In this document: piece by piece, positions 42,920-52,996 of the stretch
Numbering within the stretch: the stretch's first letter is position 1
How the letters are laid out: every line of letters starts with the position of its first letter
Assembly (NCBI GenBank): GCA_018897195.1
Contig: JAHILH010000001.1
Location: forward strand, 156,565 to 220,564
From: Patescibacteria group bacterium
GTDB taxonomy: Bacteria; Patescibacteriota; Patescibacteriia; Patescibacteriales; UBA12075
Length of the DNA stretch: 64,000 nt
Direction of reading: 5' to 3'
Made by a program: the position numbers and the translations under genes
The notes under the pieces: model-generated
Told to the model about the DNA's origin: nothing
Database searches by the model: none
Seen by the model: the letters and a program-made list of their open reading frames with translations, nothing else

Positions 42920-45900
42920 ATGAAATTATCCCCCCAAAAAAATCAAAAAGGCTTTACATTAATTGAGGTTACAGTCTCTTTGGCTATAATCGCTGTTTTG
43001 ATTTTGGGAGTTTACAGCTTGGTAATCTTGTCTCTTAGAATAACGGCTGACAACAAAAACTATGTATCAGCGATTGAGATTGCCAATCAAAAAATGGAGC
43101 AGATTCGCAATATGCCCTATGATAATGTCGGAACTATTGACAGCAGTATTGTCTCTGGCACAATTCCTCAAATAGTTACCATTGAAAGAGGTGGAGTTTT
43201 TACGGTTACAACAAACGTCACCATGCCAAACGATCCATACGATGATATTGCTGGAGTAGATACCATCCCTAATGACTATAAGCAGGCCACGGTTAAAGTT
43301 GGTTGGGAAAGTAGTTATGGTCCAAAAAGTATATCTGTGTTTTCTAAAATAGTTTCCAAGACCAAAGAAGTGGCCGCTGGCTATGGCTTGCTAGAGCTTC
43401 ATTCTGTTGATTCTAATGGATTACCCGTTCCTAATGCTAATGTCTATATAGATAATGATATTTTAGTTCCTGCCATGCATGAACATACGACAGTTACTGA
43501 TGCAAACGGCATATTAAACATGGCGCTTCTTAAGTCATTTCAAGGTTATAAGATTACGGTTAGCAAGGCTGGTTATAGCACTGATTATTCTCTCGACCCC
43601 GCTTCCGGTTTAACACCAATTCATCTCTCAATTACTGAGGGTAATAAAACAGCTGAAAGTTTTTCAATAGATAAGCTAGCTACACTTATTGTTAAAACAT
43701 ATTCTGATAATATTCCTGCAAATTGGATGGTCAATAAGGCGACGTCGACAAGTAGTAAGTCAAAAACAGCTATTTCAAAAGATGATTCCGGAAATATTTA
43801 TTTCATTTGGCAAGATGTAGTTGATGCGACAAACGCAGGTGTTTTTATTCAAAAATATAACTCTGCCAAGACCAGACAATGGCTAAATGATGTTAGAGTG
43901 GAAACCTCAAGTAATGAAACTAATCCTAGTATTGCCACAAGCAAGAACGGCACTTCTTATGTTGTTTGGCAGGACAGTTCAATAGCTTTAAAATCATTGG
44001 CAAAAGCTCCAGTTGAATCAAGTCTAGCCAGTAATGATGACTTGACTAGCCCCAGCAGTGATAAGGTTCTAAACGTGAATAAAATTGTTAAAAGTTCCTT
44101 GCTGAGACCGCTAAGTAATGTTGGCAGACTTGCTGAATTGTATTTTAATAAAATAAAAGTTTTTTTATTTCATGATATTAGAAATAATTCACATATTTTT
44201 GTTGCTAAAATTAAAAAATATTTTAGCAATAACAGTGCTGTTGCCGCCGGTACAGTTACAATTGTACAGACAAAAATAGGCGCAAACGTAAACAATTCAC
44301 CAACCTTGTCAGCTACCTTTGATAGTGCCCCACTTAGCGGTAATGTTATTATTGCCATTGCAAGTCATCGGCATAGTTTCACTTCATTTATTACGCCAGC
44401 TGGTTTTACAAAATCAGTTTATAGCGATGTCTCAGCTAGTCTGGATGCTGGTATCTGGCATAAAGTTGCGGGCGCTAGCGAATCAAAAACAGTCTCTATT
44501 ACAAATTCTGGCGATATAAATGGCGGTGTCTTGATGCTTATGGAGGTAAGTGGACTCGAAACCGCTAGCTTGCTTGATGTTGTCTCAATGAATTATCAAG
44601 GTGACTTGTCTAAAACTGGCAACACCGACTTGACTGCCACTTCAACAAATAACAGTTTTGGCGTCGCGGCAGTGTCTTTTGGTGACGACGCTTTTACGGC
44701 ACCAACTTCGGCAAATTGGCAATCATCATCATCTAATGTGTATACTCAGAAAATGTGGGATGATTGGAATTCTGGAAGCAAAGGGTCCTTGAGTGTGGCG
44801 ACGATAAATATAAATGCTGGTGTTCCACAAAAGGCTACGCTTGGGCCCTTGCTAGGTGGTAGCAATACGTATAGAAATAGCGTCTTGGCAATTTTTAAAA
44901 TTAAAAATGACACCTCTGTTAGTGCAATAAATTCTCAAACAGCCTCTATCACCTTCCCTGCCACAAACCAATATATTGGTGGTTCTTTTGCAATTACGGC
45001 AAGTTCTACAAACTCTGTCAGTAGTATAAAAATAAGTGAAGATGGAACTGTTGATGCGCAAAATAATTTAGAAAATATTCACTTGTATTATGATATAGAC
45101 TCTAGTTTTCCATATGACTGCGTTAGTGAGTCGTACGCTGGTACCGATTTGCAATTTGGTACTAATACTGGTTTTGATAGTTACGATGGTGTGGCAATAT
45201 TTACAAAAGTTGGTGGTGTGACAATCGATACCACACATAGTCTTTGTGTCTATACAGTTCTAGATGTTAAAAGTTCGTCTAATAAAAATGACACCGTTGA
45301 AATTAAAATAAGTAATCCGGCAACAGATGTTATAATTAGCGCTGGTCTTATGACTCCTGGATCTACTGTCGCCATTGCGGGAACAACCATTCTTTTAAAA
45401 CCAGCTGAATTGCAGCAGATTCATTATAGATTTCGCAATGATGATGGTGATGAAAGCACTGCTTCTTGGAGTAAGACCGAAGATAATAATTTGATAACCA
45501 AAATAGGGGCTCCGGTTAGACTGAGATTTGCCGTTACCAATGCAGGCAGCTTTGATTCCGCTGCTACTAGTTATCAGATTCAGTACGGCGAAAAAGATAC
45601 TACCTGTGCTGCAATTTCAGTCTGGAGTTCATTGCCGGCAAAATGGAAAATGTACAACTCGAGCAATATTAACGATGGTGATGCAACGACTGATTCTACT
45701 GGTATTACCAATGAAAATACTAATTTTAAGGCTAGTCAAATAAAAGATACTGGTAGTCAAACTTCAGCACTGACACTCACCTCTTCTGATTTTACCGAAA
45801 TTGAATATTCTCTTGAGGCTGATGGTAGTGCATCTGAAAAAACTTATTGCTTCCGCTTGACCAATGCTGGCGCAACCACCCAGTTTAACTATATTGAATA

Positions 45901-47020
45901 TCCCGAGATTAGCATTGTCGGCGATGATAATATTTATATAAAAAGTTTTAATAATGACGGGAGTGAACACTGGGGCGTGAAAAGAGTTCATTTGGATTCG
46001 TCTAGTGTTAATCAGCAAAATCCGCAAATTGCTATCACGGAAAATTTTGGCACGGCCACAACTACGGTTATTTGGGAAGATAGTCGCAATGGCAATATTG
46101 ATATTTACGCGCAAAGCTTTAATGAGGGCGGCAACCGCTTATGGAGTAGTGATTTGAGAATCACTAGTTCTTCAACAAATGAAATAAATCCCGTGATTGA
46201 TATCGACGCAGAAGACAATATTTATATCAGCTGGGAGGAACAAGGCGATATTTATTTACAAAAATTTGATATTGATGGTAATAAGTTGTGGCTTGAGCCT
46301 ATTAATATCACTAATTCAGGTGTTGCAGATTTTCGACCAAGAATTAGCCATGCTTCAACAACTGCCCTTTTATCCTGGACTGCATCAGAATCATCTATTT
46401 ATAATACTTATTTAGCCAAATTTGATAGCACAGGTAGCTTAATTTGGAAAGAACGGGCAAATGTAGAGTCTAGTGAAAAAAACCAATTCTACCCGACTAT
46501 TGCTAGTAATGATTCTAATGTTTATGTAACATGGACTGATGATCGTAATGGTAATAACAACATCTATGCTCAAAAATTTAATCTCAGCGGTGTTGCAGAG
46601 TGGACCAATGATCAAAAAATAACCGACGATATAGACTCGTCAGATCAAAATTCACCTGCTATTATCATAAGTTCAGATAATAAAATTTTTAGTGCTTGGC
46701 ACGATGAAAGAAGTTTATCCAAGGAGATCTATGCAACCGAAATTAGCGAACCAGGAACACCAACGGTGGTGGCCAATGTCCCCTTGGTTATAACCGGCTC
46801 AAGATTGATATACAAAGATCCATTGCAGTATAAATATAGTCAAACGCATGCTACTGACGGTGGTGGTGACTTGTCTTTGCAGTTGGAGTGGGATGCATCA
46901 TATCAAATAGTTGCAAGCAGCACCTTGACAGGGCTAATTGTGACTGAATGCCGCCCCCTTAACTGCCCTATTAGTATTAGCGCTGATGAAATAAAAACAA
47001 TTGAAATTTATGTTAAATAA
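42920..47020 (+). CDS. giant prepilin-like protein (1,366 aa) with CarboxypepD_reg-like segment and propeller-type repeats
   Basis: MKLSPQKNQKG/FTLIEVTVSLAIIAVLILGVYSL is a class III signal. The repeat signature recurs: VIWEDSRNGNIDIYAQSF, VTWTDDRNGNNNIYAQKF, SAWHDERSLSKEIYATEI. Confidence 0.85.
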   Translation: MKLSPQKNQKGFTLIEVTVSLAIIAVLILGVYSLVILSLRITADNKNYVSAIEIANQKMEQIRNMPYDNVGTIDSSIVSGTIPQIVTIERGGVFTVTTNVTMPNDPYDDIAGVDTIPNDYKQATVKVGWESSYGPKSISVFSKIVSKTKEVAAGYGLLELHSVDSNGLPVPNANVYIDNDILVPAMHEHTTVTDANGILNMALLKSFQGYKITVSKAGYSTDYSLDPASGLTPIHLSITEGNKTAESFSIDKLATLIVKTYSDNIPANWMVNKATSTSSKSKTAISKDDSGNIYFIWQDVVDATNAGVFIQKYNSAKTRQWLNDVRVETSSNETNPSIATSKNGTSYVVWQDSSIALKSLAKAPVESSLASNDDLTSPSSDKVLNVNKIVKSSLLRPLSNVGRLAELYFNKIKVFLFHDIRNNSHIFVAKIKKYFSNNSAVAAGTVTIVQTKIGANVNNSPTLSATFDSAPLSGNVIIAIASHRHSFTSFITPAGFTKSVYSDVSASLDAGIWHKVAGASESKTVSITNSGDINGGVLMLMEVSGLETASLLDVVSMNYQGDLSKTGNTDLTATSTNNSFGVAAVSFGDDAFTAPTSANWQSSSSNVYTQKMWDDWNSGSKGSLSVATININAGVPQKATLGPLLGGSNTYRNSVLAIFKIKNDTSVSAINSQTASITFPATNQYIGGSFAITASSTNSVSSIKISEDGTVDAQNNLENIHLYYDIDSSFPYDCVSESYAGTDLQFGTNTGFDSYDGVAIFTKVGGVTIDTTHSLCVYTVLDVKSSSNKNDTVEIKISNPATDVIISAGLMTPGSTVAIAGTTILLKPAELQQIHYRFRNDDGDESTASWSKTEDNNLITKIGAPVRLRFAVTNAGSFDSAATSYQIQYGEKDTTCAAISVWSSLPAKWKMYNSSNINDGDATTDSTGITNENTNFKASQIKDTGSQTSALTLTSSDFTEIEYSLEADGSASEKTYCFRLTNAGATTQFNYIEYPEISIVGDDNIYIKSFNNDGSEHWGVKRVHLDSSSVNQQNPQIAITENFGTATTTVIWEDSRNGNIDIYAQSFNEGGNRLWSSDLRITSSSTNEINPVIDIDAEDNIYISWEEQGDIYLQKFDIDGNKLWLEPINITNSGVADFRPRISHASTTALLSWTASESSIYNTYLAKFDSTGSLIWKERANVESSEKNQFYPTIASNDSNVYVTWTDDRNGNNNIYAQKFNLSGVAEWTNDQKITDDIDSSDQNSPAIIISSDNKIFSAWHDERSLSKEIYATEISEPGTPTVVANVPLVITGSRLIYKDPLQYKYSQTHATDGGGDLSLQLEWDASYQIVASSTLTGLIVTECRPLNCPISISADEIKTIEIYVK

Positions 47021-47075
47021 AATTTTAAAAAAGCCATTGTTTTTTTATATGGCTGGGCATTCATTTTCCTCAACT

Positions 47076-47651
47076 ATGAAAAATAAAACCGGTTTCACTA
47101 TGATTGAATTAATTGTCGTGATTGCAGTTATGGGTGTCATCTCAACCATGGTTTTAAATTTTACCGTCATGGGTCTGAGAGCTTCTCGTTTTGAGGCTGA
47201 ACAAGCTGAAGCGGTCAAACAAGCCAGAGATGCAATGAACATTATGAAGACTGAAATTAGAGGCGCAAATAATTCCGCCCATGGTGATTACCCGATTTCT
47301 GTAATTACTAATCAAGAGTTTGCTTTTTTCTCCGACATCGACAAGGATGATGTGTATGAAAAAGTTAGATACTACCTCGACGGCTTGGAGTTAAAAAAAG
47401 CTGTCATTGAGCCCAATATCTCTAATTTGTATACAGACCCACCAGTCATTACGGTTATTGCTAATTACGTCAATAATCAAACCGAAAATGTCTTTAACTA
47501 CTATACCTCTAATTATACTATTGCTGGGGATATTAACGAGGTTAGATTAATTAATATGAATTTAAAAATCAACGTTACTCCGGAAATATCACCGGCTGAT
47601 ATTTATGTCGAAACTGATGTTGCTCTCCGTAATCTTAAATCAAATTTATAA
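47076..47651 (+). CDS. minor (pseudo)pilin
   Basis: MKNKTG/FTMIELIVVIAVMGVISTMVL is a class III signal. I chose ATG 47076 over the track start at 47001, which overlaps the previous gene. Confidence 0.75.
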   Translation: MKNKTGFTMIELIVVIAVMGVISTMVLNFTVMGLRASRFEAEQAEAVKQARDAMNIMKTEIRGANNSAHGDYPISVITNQEFAFFSDIDKDDVYEKVRYYLDGLELKKAVIEPNISNLYTDPPVITVIANYVNNQTENVFNYYTSNYTIAGDINEVRLINMNLKINVTPEISPADIYVETDVALRNLKSNL

Positions 47652-47655
47652 GTTA

Positions 47656-49245
47656 ATGAATATGCAGAAACAAAAAATAAAACAATTCATGAATAACAGC
47701 AGAGGCTCGATGTTAATCCTTGCCTTGGTTTTGACCGGTCTTTTTATGGCCATGACTATGGGCGCCATCGGCCTAGCTCTTTTACAACAAAAATTAAATA
47801 TGATCAAAATTGCCAGCAATCAAGCCGTTCATATTGCTGAGGCTGGTGTTAATTATTATCGCTGGGTGCTATATCATGATCCAGAAGAGTATTGCAATAA
47901 AGAGGCTTGTCGTGCCTCGACCACTCCATATGGGCCATACGCATATACGGACGCTAGTGGCAGCATTACAGGTCATTATGAGTTATATATTACCCCACCA
48001 GCTATTAATGCCTCAACTATCGTGACAGTTAAATCAATAGGGTGGGAAGATGGCCACCCAAGCGTTAAAAGAGTCATTGAGGTTAAACTAGGAAAACCCT
48101 CTTGGTCTAATTTTGCAACTTTATCTAATAATGATATTACATTTGGTGCTGATACTGAGGTTTGGGGGCCTATTCATTCAAATGGCGGTGTTCGATTTGA
48201 TGGAATAGCTCATAATATTATTACCTCTTCCAAGGATTATTATACCGACCCAGATCATGCCAGTAGTGATGTTTTTGCGTTTGGAGTGCATACTCACAAT
48301 GGTGCTGGTAATGGTACTTATAATACAACCGAAGAAGGAAATCCCGGACTAAGTCTTCCTGCGCCAGATCAAAGTGCAACTTTTCTTTCTGGTCGCGAAT
48401 TCCCCGTCCCAATCGTGAGCTTTAGTTTATTAGATAACTATATAAGTGAGACATATATTAAAGCTTCTTCAAGCGGAATGATTATTGATCCTAGAAGTGC
48501 TGGGATAGCTGATCCTGAATCAGAGCCAACTCTTCGTAATTGCATTAGCTCTACCTGCGACGAGGGATTCCATATTACACTAAAAACAAATAATACTTTT
48601 GAAATTAGGGATGTCTCCGCTGTTTTCCCGGATTGGAGTAATAATCCCAGTGCAGACTCTAAAAGCCTTAGTATAAAAACTGAAGGAGCTGCTAAAACTT
48701 TTAGCATTCCGGAGAACGGAATAATTTTTGTCAAAAATCATGTCTGGATTGATGGAAAAATAAACGGAAGCAAGGTGAACGTTTTAGCATTTTTCGAACC
48801 GTTTACGGGCACTGTTAACACTGCGAGTATAATCACTAATAAGGATTTACTTTATACAAATTATGACGGCACAGACTCCATTGGACTTATCGCTCAAGGC
48901 GATATTGGCCCTGGTTTGTATAGCGAAGGTGCTTTGTCGGGAACGGAGGATCAAATGGAATTAAGAATTGATGCAGCTATGATTGCTAAGACTGGTCGAG
49001 TCGGTCGTTTGTATTACAAGCACAGTAGCGGCGATGAGTATCCCAAGAGACAAACGATAACTATTTATGGGTCTTTGGCAACAAACCAGCGCTATGGTTT
49101 TAGTTATTCTTGTGGCACCAGTGATCAATGGTGTTCTGGATATAAAATTAGGAATATAATTTATGATAATAATCTTACGCTGGATCCCCCGGCGAATTTT
49201 CCTACCACGGGAGAGTATACTTTTGTTTCTTGGAAAGAAGATTAA
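47656..49245 (+). CDS. large PilX-N-terminal-like pilus-associated protein
   Basis: NNSRGSMLILALVLTGLFMAMTMGAIGL resembles the PilX N-terminal hydrophobic segment. About 490 aa of unknown fold follow. The start is placed after the previous stop. Confidence 0.6.
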   Translation: MNMQKQKIKQFMNNSRGSMLILALVLTGLFMAMTMGAIGLALLQQKLNMIKIASNQAVHIAEAGVNYYRWVLYHDPEEYCNKEACRASTTPYGPYAYTDASGSITGHYELYITPPAINASTIVTVKSIGWEDGHPSVKRVIEVKLGKPSWSNFATLSNNDITFGADTEVWGPIHSNGGVRFDGIAHNIITSSKDYYTDPDHASSDVFAFGVHTHNGAGNGTYNTTEEGNPGLSLPAPDQSATFLSGREFPVPIVSFSLLDNYISETYIKASSSGMIIDPRSAGIADPESEPTLRNCISSTCDEGFHITLKTNNTFEIRDVSAVFPDWSNNPSADSKSLSIKTEGAAKTFSIPENGIIFVKNHVWIDGKINGSKVNVLAFFEPFTGTVNTASIITNKDLLYTNYDGTDSIGLIAQGDIGPGLYSEGALSGTEDQMELRIDAAMIAKTGRVGRLYYKHSSGDEYPKRQTITIYGSLATNQRYGFSYSCGTSDQWCSGYKIRNIIYDNNLTLDPPANFPTTGEYTFVSWKED

Positions 49246-49286
49246 AATGTGTTACAATAAAGTTATAAAATATTTAATACTAAAGT

Positions 49287-50435
49287 ATGCTCTCATTCAG
49301 ACAATCAAATTTTCCCATCGGACTTGACATATCAGACACCTCGCTTAAATTAGTTCAATTAAGGAAAAAAACCAACAAAATTAAAATTCAGGCGATGGGA
49401 CGAGTTGAATTGCCTATCGGTACTATTGAAAAAGGTGAAATAAAAAATCAACGTGTTTTTTTGGAATCATTGGAGAAGTTAATTGCTAAGCCAAAATTTG
49501 GCAATATTACCACTAATGAAATTGTTGCATGTTTGCCAGAGTCAAAAACTTACATAGAATTAATCAAGATTGCTAAATCATCAAATCAGATTGAAAATGT
49601 AATAGAGACTGAGATGGAAAAATATTTCCCCATTTCCGCTAATGAATTATTTTATGATTGGCAAATATTTAGTGAAGATAAAAATAACTATAGTGTTTTA
49701 ATCGGCGCTGCCGAGAAAGCTGTAGTAACACAGTATATTGCCATTTTTAATAAAGCCAAGCTTTCAACGGTTGCTTTGGAGATTGAGTCTGTGGCCATTT
49801 GCCGGGCTTTATTGACCGAGGAGTCACCAAATTTCAAAATTAAGCAATTTAAAAATTACCTAATTATTGATATAGGCTACAATCGTACCAATTTAATAGC
49901 CTATTCTGGCAATGCCATTGTTTTTTCAGTAAGCATCCCCGTGTCTGGCAGAGAGATTACAAAAAAAATTGCCGATATTTTAGAAATAAGCGAGGAACAA
50001 GCCGAGAAGGCAAAGATAATTTGCGGTCTTGATGAAACAATTGCCAAGGGTATAATTAAAAAAATTCTTGCTAACACCTTAGACGTTGTTAACAAAAGAA
50101 TTGAGTCTGCTCTAGAATTTTACAATAATAATTATAGTAGCCTTGGGCCGATTAATGAAATAATTTTATCTGGCGGTGGTTCTAATATTAAAGACCTAGA
50201 TAAAATTATTGCAGAAAATATAAAAATCGAAACAAAAAATGGTGATATTTTTACACACCTAGATAGAGAATTTAGTGATAGTTTTTCTAAAAATTTGATA
50301 GAAACCCATGATCTAAAATTAGACAATATCAAGGGGTTAGATGATAAAAAACTTTCAATTAAACAAAGTACCAGCTCTGGATACGCGACAGCTATCGGAC
50401 TGTCATTAAGAAATATATTTATAGCTAATAAATAA
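49287..50435 (+). CDS. pilM: type IV pilus assembly protein PilM (actin-like ATPase fold)
   Basis: PIGLDISDTSLKLVQL, the ILSGGGSNI motif, and position before the pilN/pilO-like genes. Confidence 0.85.
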   Translation: MLSFRQSNFPIGLDISDTSLKLVQLRKKTNKIKIQAMGRVELPIGTIEKGEIKNQRVFLESLEKLIAKPKFGNITTNEIVACLPESKTYIELIKIAKSSNQIENVIETEMEKYFPISANELFYDWQIFSEDKNNYSVLIGAAEKAVVTQYIAIFNKAKLSTVALEIESVAICRALLTEESPNFKIKQFKNYLIIDIGYNRTNLIAYSGNAIVFSVSIPVSGREITKKIADILEISEEQAEKAKIICGLDETIAKGIIKKILANTLDVVNKRIESALEFYNNNYSSLGPINEIILSGGGSNIKDLDKIIAENIKIETKNGDIFTHLDREFSDSFSKNLIETHDLKLDNIKGLDDKKLSIKQSTSSGYATAIGLSLRNIFIANK

Positions 50436-50436
50436 A

Positions 50437-50970
50437 ATGATTACATTAAACATTATCTCGCCAGAATTAAAAAATGAGATCAAATTAAAGTATATTTATC
50501 GGATTATTGGAAAGTCTTTTATCTTGATTGGTGTTTTTTTGGGATTCTATGCGATTATTTTAGTCTCTTCAAGAATTGTTCTCAGTTCTTACTTGAGTGA
50601 AGTTAGTCAGATGAACAGCACTACCAACGAGTCAACTAACAATACGGTTAAGGCGGTTAATGATGTAAATAAAAAATTAAAAGAAGTCGCCGTTATTCAA
50701 AAAGATGAAATAAGTTGGTTAAATCTCTTGGAGTTAATCTCTCAAAATACTTCTAAAGATATCAAATATAATAAAATATCAATGGATAGAAATAATGGGC
50801 TTAGCCTCACTGGGCAATCAAAAACCAGGGATGGCCTGATTAAGATAAAAAAATTCCTCGATGAGTCCGCCTTCCTTTCCGACGTCGACTTCCCTATTAG
50901 CAATTTACTGGAAAAAGAGAATATAAATTTTAATATTAGCGCCAAAATTAATAATTATGAATTTAAATAA
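50437..50970 (+). CDS. pilN: PilN-like bitopic protein
   Basis: 177 aa with a single N-terminal TM. It is start/stop-coupled to pilM. The call rests on position and topology. Confidence 0.55.
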   Translation: MITLNIISPELKNEIKLKYIYRIIGKSFILIGVFLGFYAIILVSSRIVLSSYLSEVSQMNSTTNESTNNTVKAVNDVNKKLKEVAVIQKDEISWLNLLELISQNTSKDIKYNKISMDRNNGLSLTGQSKTRDGLIKIKKFLDESAFLSDVDFPISNLLEKENINFNISAKINNYEFK

Positions 50971-51583
50971 TCAAAAACATTATTCAGCTAAGCAAAAAAT
51001 AACTAATATAATTTTTTTATTTATAGTTTTTTTTGGTGCTTTGTTGTATTTTGCAATTATACCATCAATAGCCGCTATTAATGATCTTGAGGTAAAAATT
51101 ATTAATGAGAAAATAAACAGTGAAAAAAAATATCAAATTGAAAATAACGCCATTAGTCTAAATAAGAAAATAGGTGAAATTGAACCAAGCGTAAAAACTC
51201 TGGAGGAGGTATTTATTAATAAAAACAGAGAATTAGAGTTTATTACCGTTTTGGAAAGTGTTGCGAATAAAAACAATGTAGAGCAAAAAATAAGCCTAAC
51301 CTCTCCAGCGAGTGAAGATAAAACCGTCAAAGCGACAAAAAACAACAGTGCCAATAAAGAGTCTGGAAATAATAACTTGTTTGTGCCAATGACAATAACC
51401 TTAAGCGGTAATTACAAAAATGTAGTGAACTATCTTTCTGAATTACAATCTTTAAAATATTACATCAACATTGATGGATTGGATTTTGTCAGCGGGTCGT
51501 CCAACGGCTCCCTGCCTAATGACAATTCTAGCCGCAATCAAATAATTACTTTAAATATAGTGGCAAAAACTTATTGGAAATAA
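50957..51583 (+). CDS. PilO-like bitopic protein
   Basis: 208 aa with an N-terminal TM and coiled coil. It overlaps the pilN end by 14 nt. The call rests on position and topology only. Confidence 0.45.
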   Translation: MNLNNQKHYSAKQKITNIIFLFIVFFGALLYFAIIPSIAAINDLEVKIINEKINSEKKYQIENNAISLNKKIGEIEPSVKTLEEVFINKNRELEFITVLESVANKNNVEQKISLTSPASEDKTVKATKNNSANKESGNNNLFVPMTITLSGNYKNVVNYLSELQSLKYYINIDGLDFVSGSSNGSLPNDNSSRNQIITLNIVAKTYWK

Positions 51584-51584
51584 T

Positions 51585-51854
51585 ATGCAGTTAAAATTAA
51601 TAATTTCAAAAAACAACATCGTGAATCTGATAAATCCTATCATATACGCAATAAATATTATTGTTATTATTATTGTAATCATCTTTATTAATAAAAATGT
51701 TTATCAGACAATAGCAATCCAAGGCCAAGACTTAAGAGATCGGATTAATGAATCGCCAAATGATATAAACATTGAAGAGTTTAATAAAGTGGTAGATAAA
51801 ATAAATTACCGCAAAACTAAACAGCAATCAATTACGATTGGAGAAATTTTTTAA
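51585..51854 (+). CDS. 89-aa single-TM protein ending the pilus operon
   Basis: Its start lies 1 nt after the pilO-like stop. TM is IIYAINIIVIIIVIIFI. No family recognised. Confidence 0.4.
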   Translation: MQLKLIISKNNIVNLINPIIYAINIIVIIIVIIFINKNVYQTIAIQGQDLRDRINESPNDINIEEFNKVVDKINYRKTKQQSITIGEIF

Positions 51855-52985
51855 TATTTTTTGTAAATATTTTTCAAGAGAATAGTTGTTAATATTTTTT
51901 GTGTAATTTTTTTTTAAATTCTCAATTTTTTGAGGATTTTTTATTATCCAGTCTATTTTTTTTTGCAAATCAGTCTGGTCGCCAGGATTGAATAATATCC
52001 CGCCGATGTCGTGAAGGAGCTCAGTAATGCCGCCAATTCGTGAACCTAGCACTGGTAGTCCGGCTGCCATGGCCTCGTAGATAACTGTTGGTGAATTTTC
52101 ATAGCATAAAGAAGGAACTATTAAGCAGTCAGCATTCTTCATGATTTCAACAACTTCTTCTTTTGATTTTCTACCAGTAATAATAATATTTTTTTTATTT
52201 TTGGTGTTTTCCACGAGTTGTTGCCGATAACTTCCGTCGCCTACAATTTTCAATTCAACTCCATTTATGGTGGCAAGGGCGTTAGCTAAAAATTCAACAC
52301 CTTTGTATTTTTCTACTTGACCAACATAAAGAAATTGAAAAATATTATTTTTTGGTGTGGCGTATTGTTCAATCTTGTTAATATTAACCGGGTTTGGAAT
52401 AACGCTCGTAGTTATTTTTTTAAAAAAACCTCTCTTTAGATGCTGGTCTAGTAGCCATTGTGAAGGTGAAACAATTTCTTCGCAAAAGTTAAATAAATAT
52501 CTAGAAAAGTTCATGTAAAATTTTGCACCAAGACTATCTAGTACTTGTTCTTGTCCGTGCATTATCAAGCCTGATGGGTGCAATAGTTGCACATCATGAA
52601 GTATGTGAATATGCCTGGTATTTGTTTTTTTAATTATTAATGGCAGTAAAAAGCTAATCCCCTTTAGATTGTTGGTGATTATTAAATCTGGTTTTTCCTG
52701 TGACAAAATATTCTTAACCTGCAAGGCGGTAAAAATATCAAACATGTCATAAAAATGCCAAAATAAGCGAAAAAAAACAGGCATTTTGCCTAGGTTATAA
52801 TAGCAAGATTTTAAATTATACTTACCAGCGCTGTTAGTAATTTTTTTATTAAATCTGGGAGTGGTTGATATGACAAAAACGTCATGCTTAAGTTCGGCAA
52901 GGCCACCATTGATTGATTCAAGGACTATTTCAGCGCCACCGCGCGCAAAGGGTTTATATAAGTTATTGATCAAGCAAATTTTCAT
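51828..52985 (-). CDS. GT4-family glycosyltransferase
   Basis: GT-B layout. C-terminal ENSPTVIYEAMAAGLPVLGSRIGGITELL is the E-x7-E region. Confidence 0.85.
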   Translation of the reverse strand: MKICLINNLYKPFARGGAEIVLESINGGLAELKHDVFVISTTPRFNKKITNSAGKYNLKSCYYNLGKMPVFFRLFWHFYDMFDIFTALQVKNILSQEKPDLIITNNLKGISFLLPLIIKKTNTRHIHILHDVQLLHPSGLIMHGQEQVLDSLGAKFYMNFSRYLFNFCEEIVSPSQWLLDQHLKRGFFKKITTSVIPNPVNINKIEQYATPKNNIFQFLYVGQVEKYKGVEFLANALATINGVELKIVGDGSYRQQLVENTKNKKNIIITGRKSKEEVVEIMKNADCLIVPSLCYENSPTVIYEAMAAGLPVLGSRIGGITELLHDIGGILFNPGDQTDLQKKIDWIIKNPQKIENLKKNYTKNINNYSLEKYLQKILKNFSNRN

Positions 52986-52996
52986 ACAATTGTAGT

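Noticed and set aside
44170-46415. Short ORFs on both strands inside the giant prepilin gene
   Set aside because: They are embedded in a continuous 4.1-kb frame with coherent repeat structure, and none has initiation signals.
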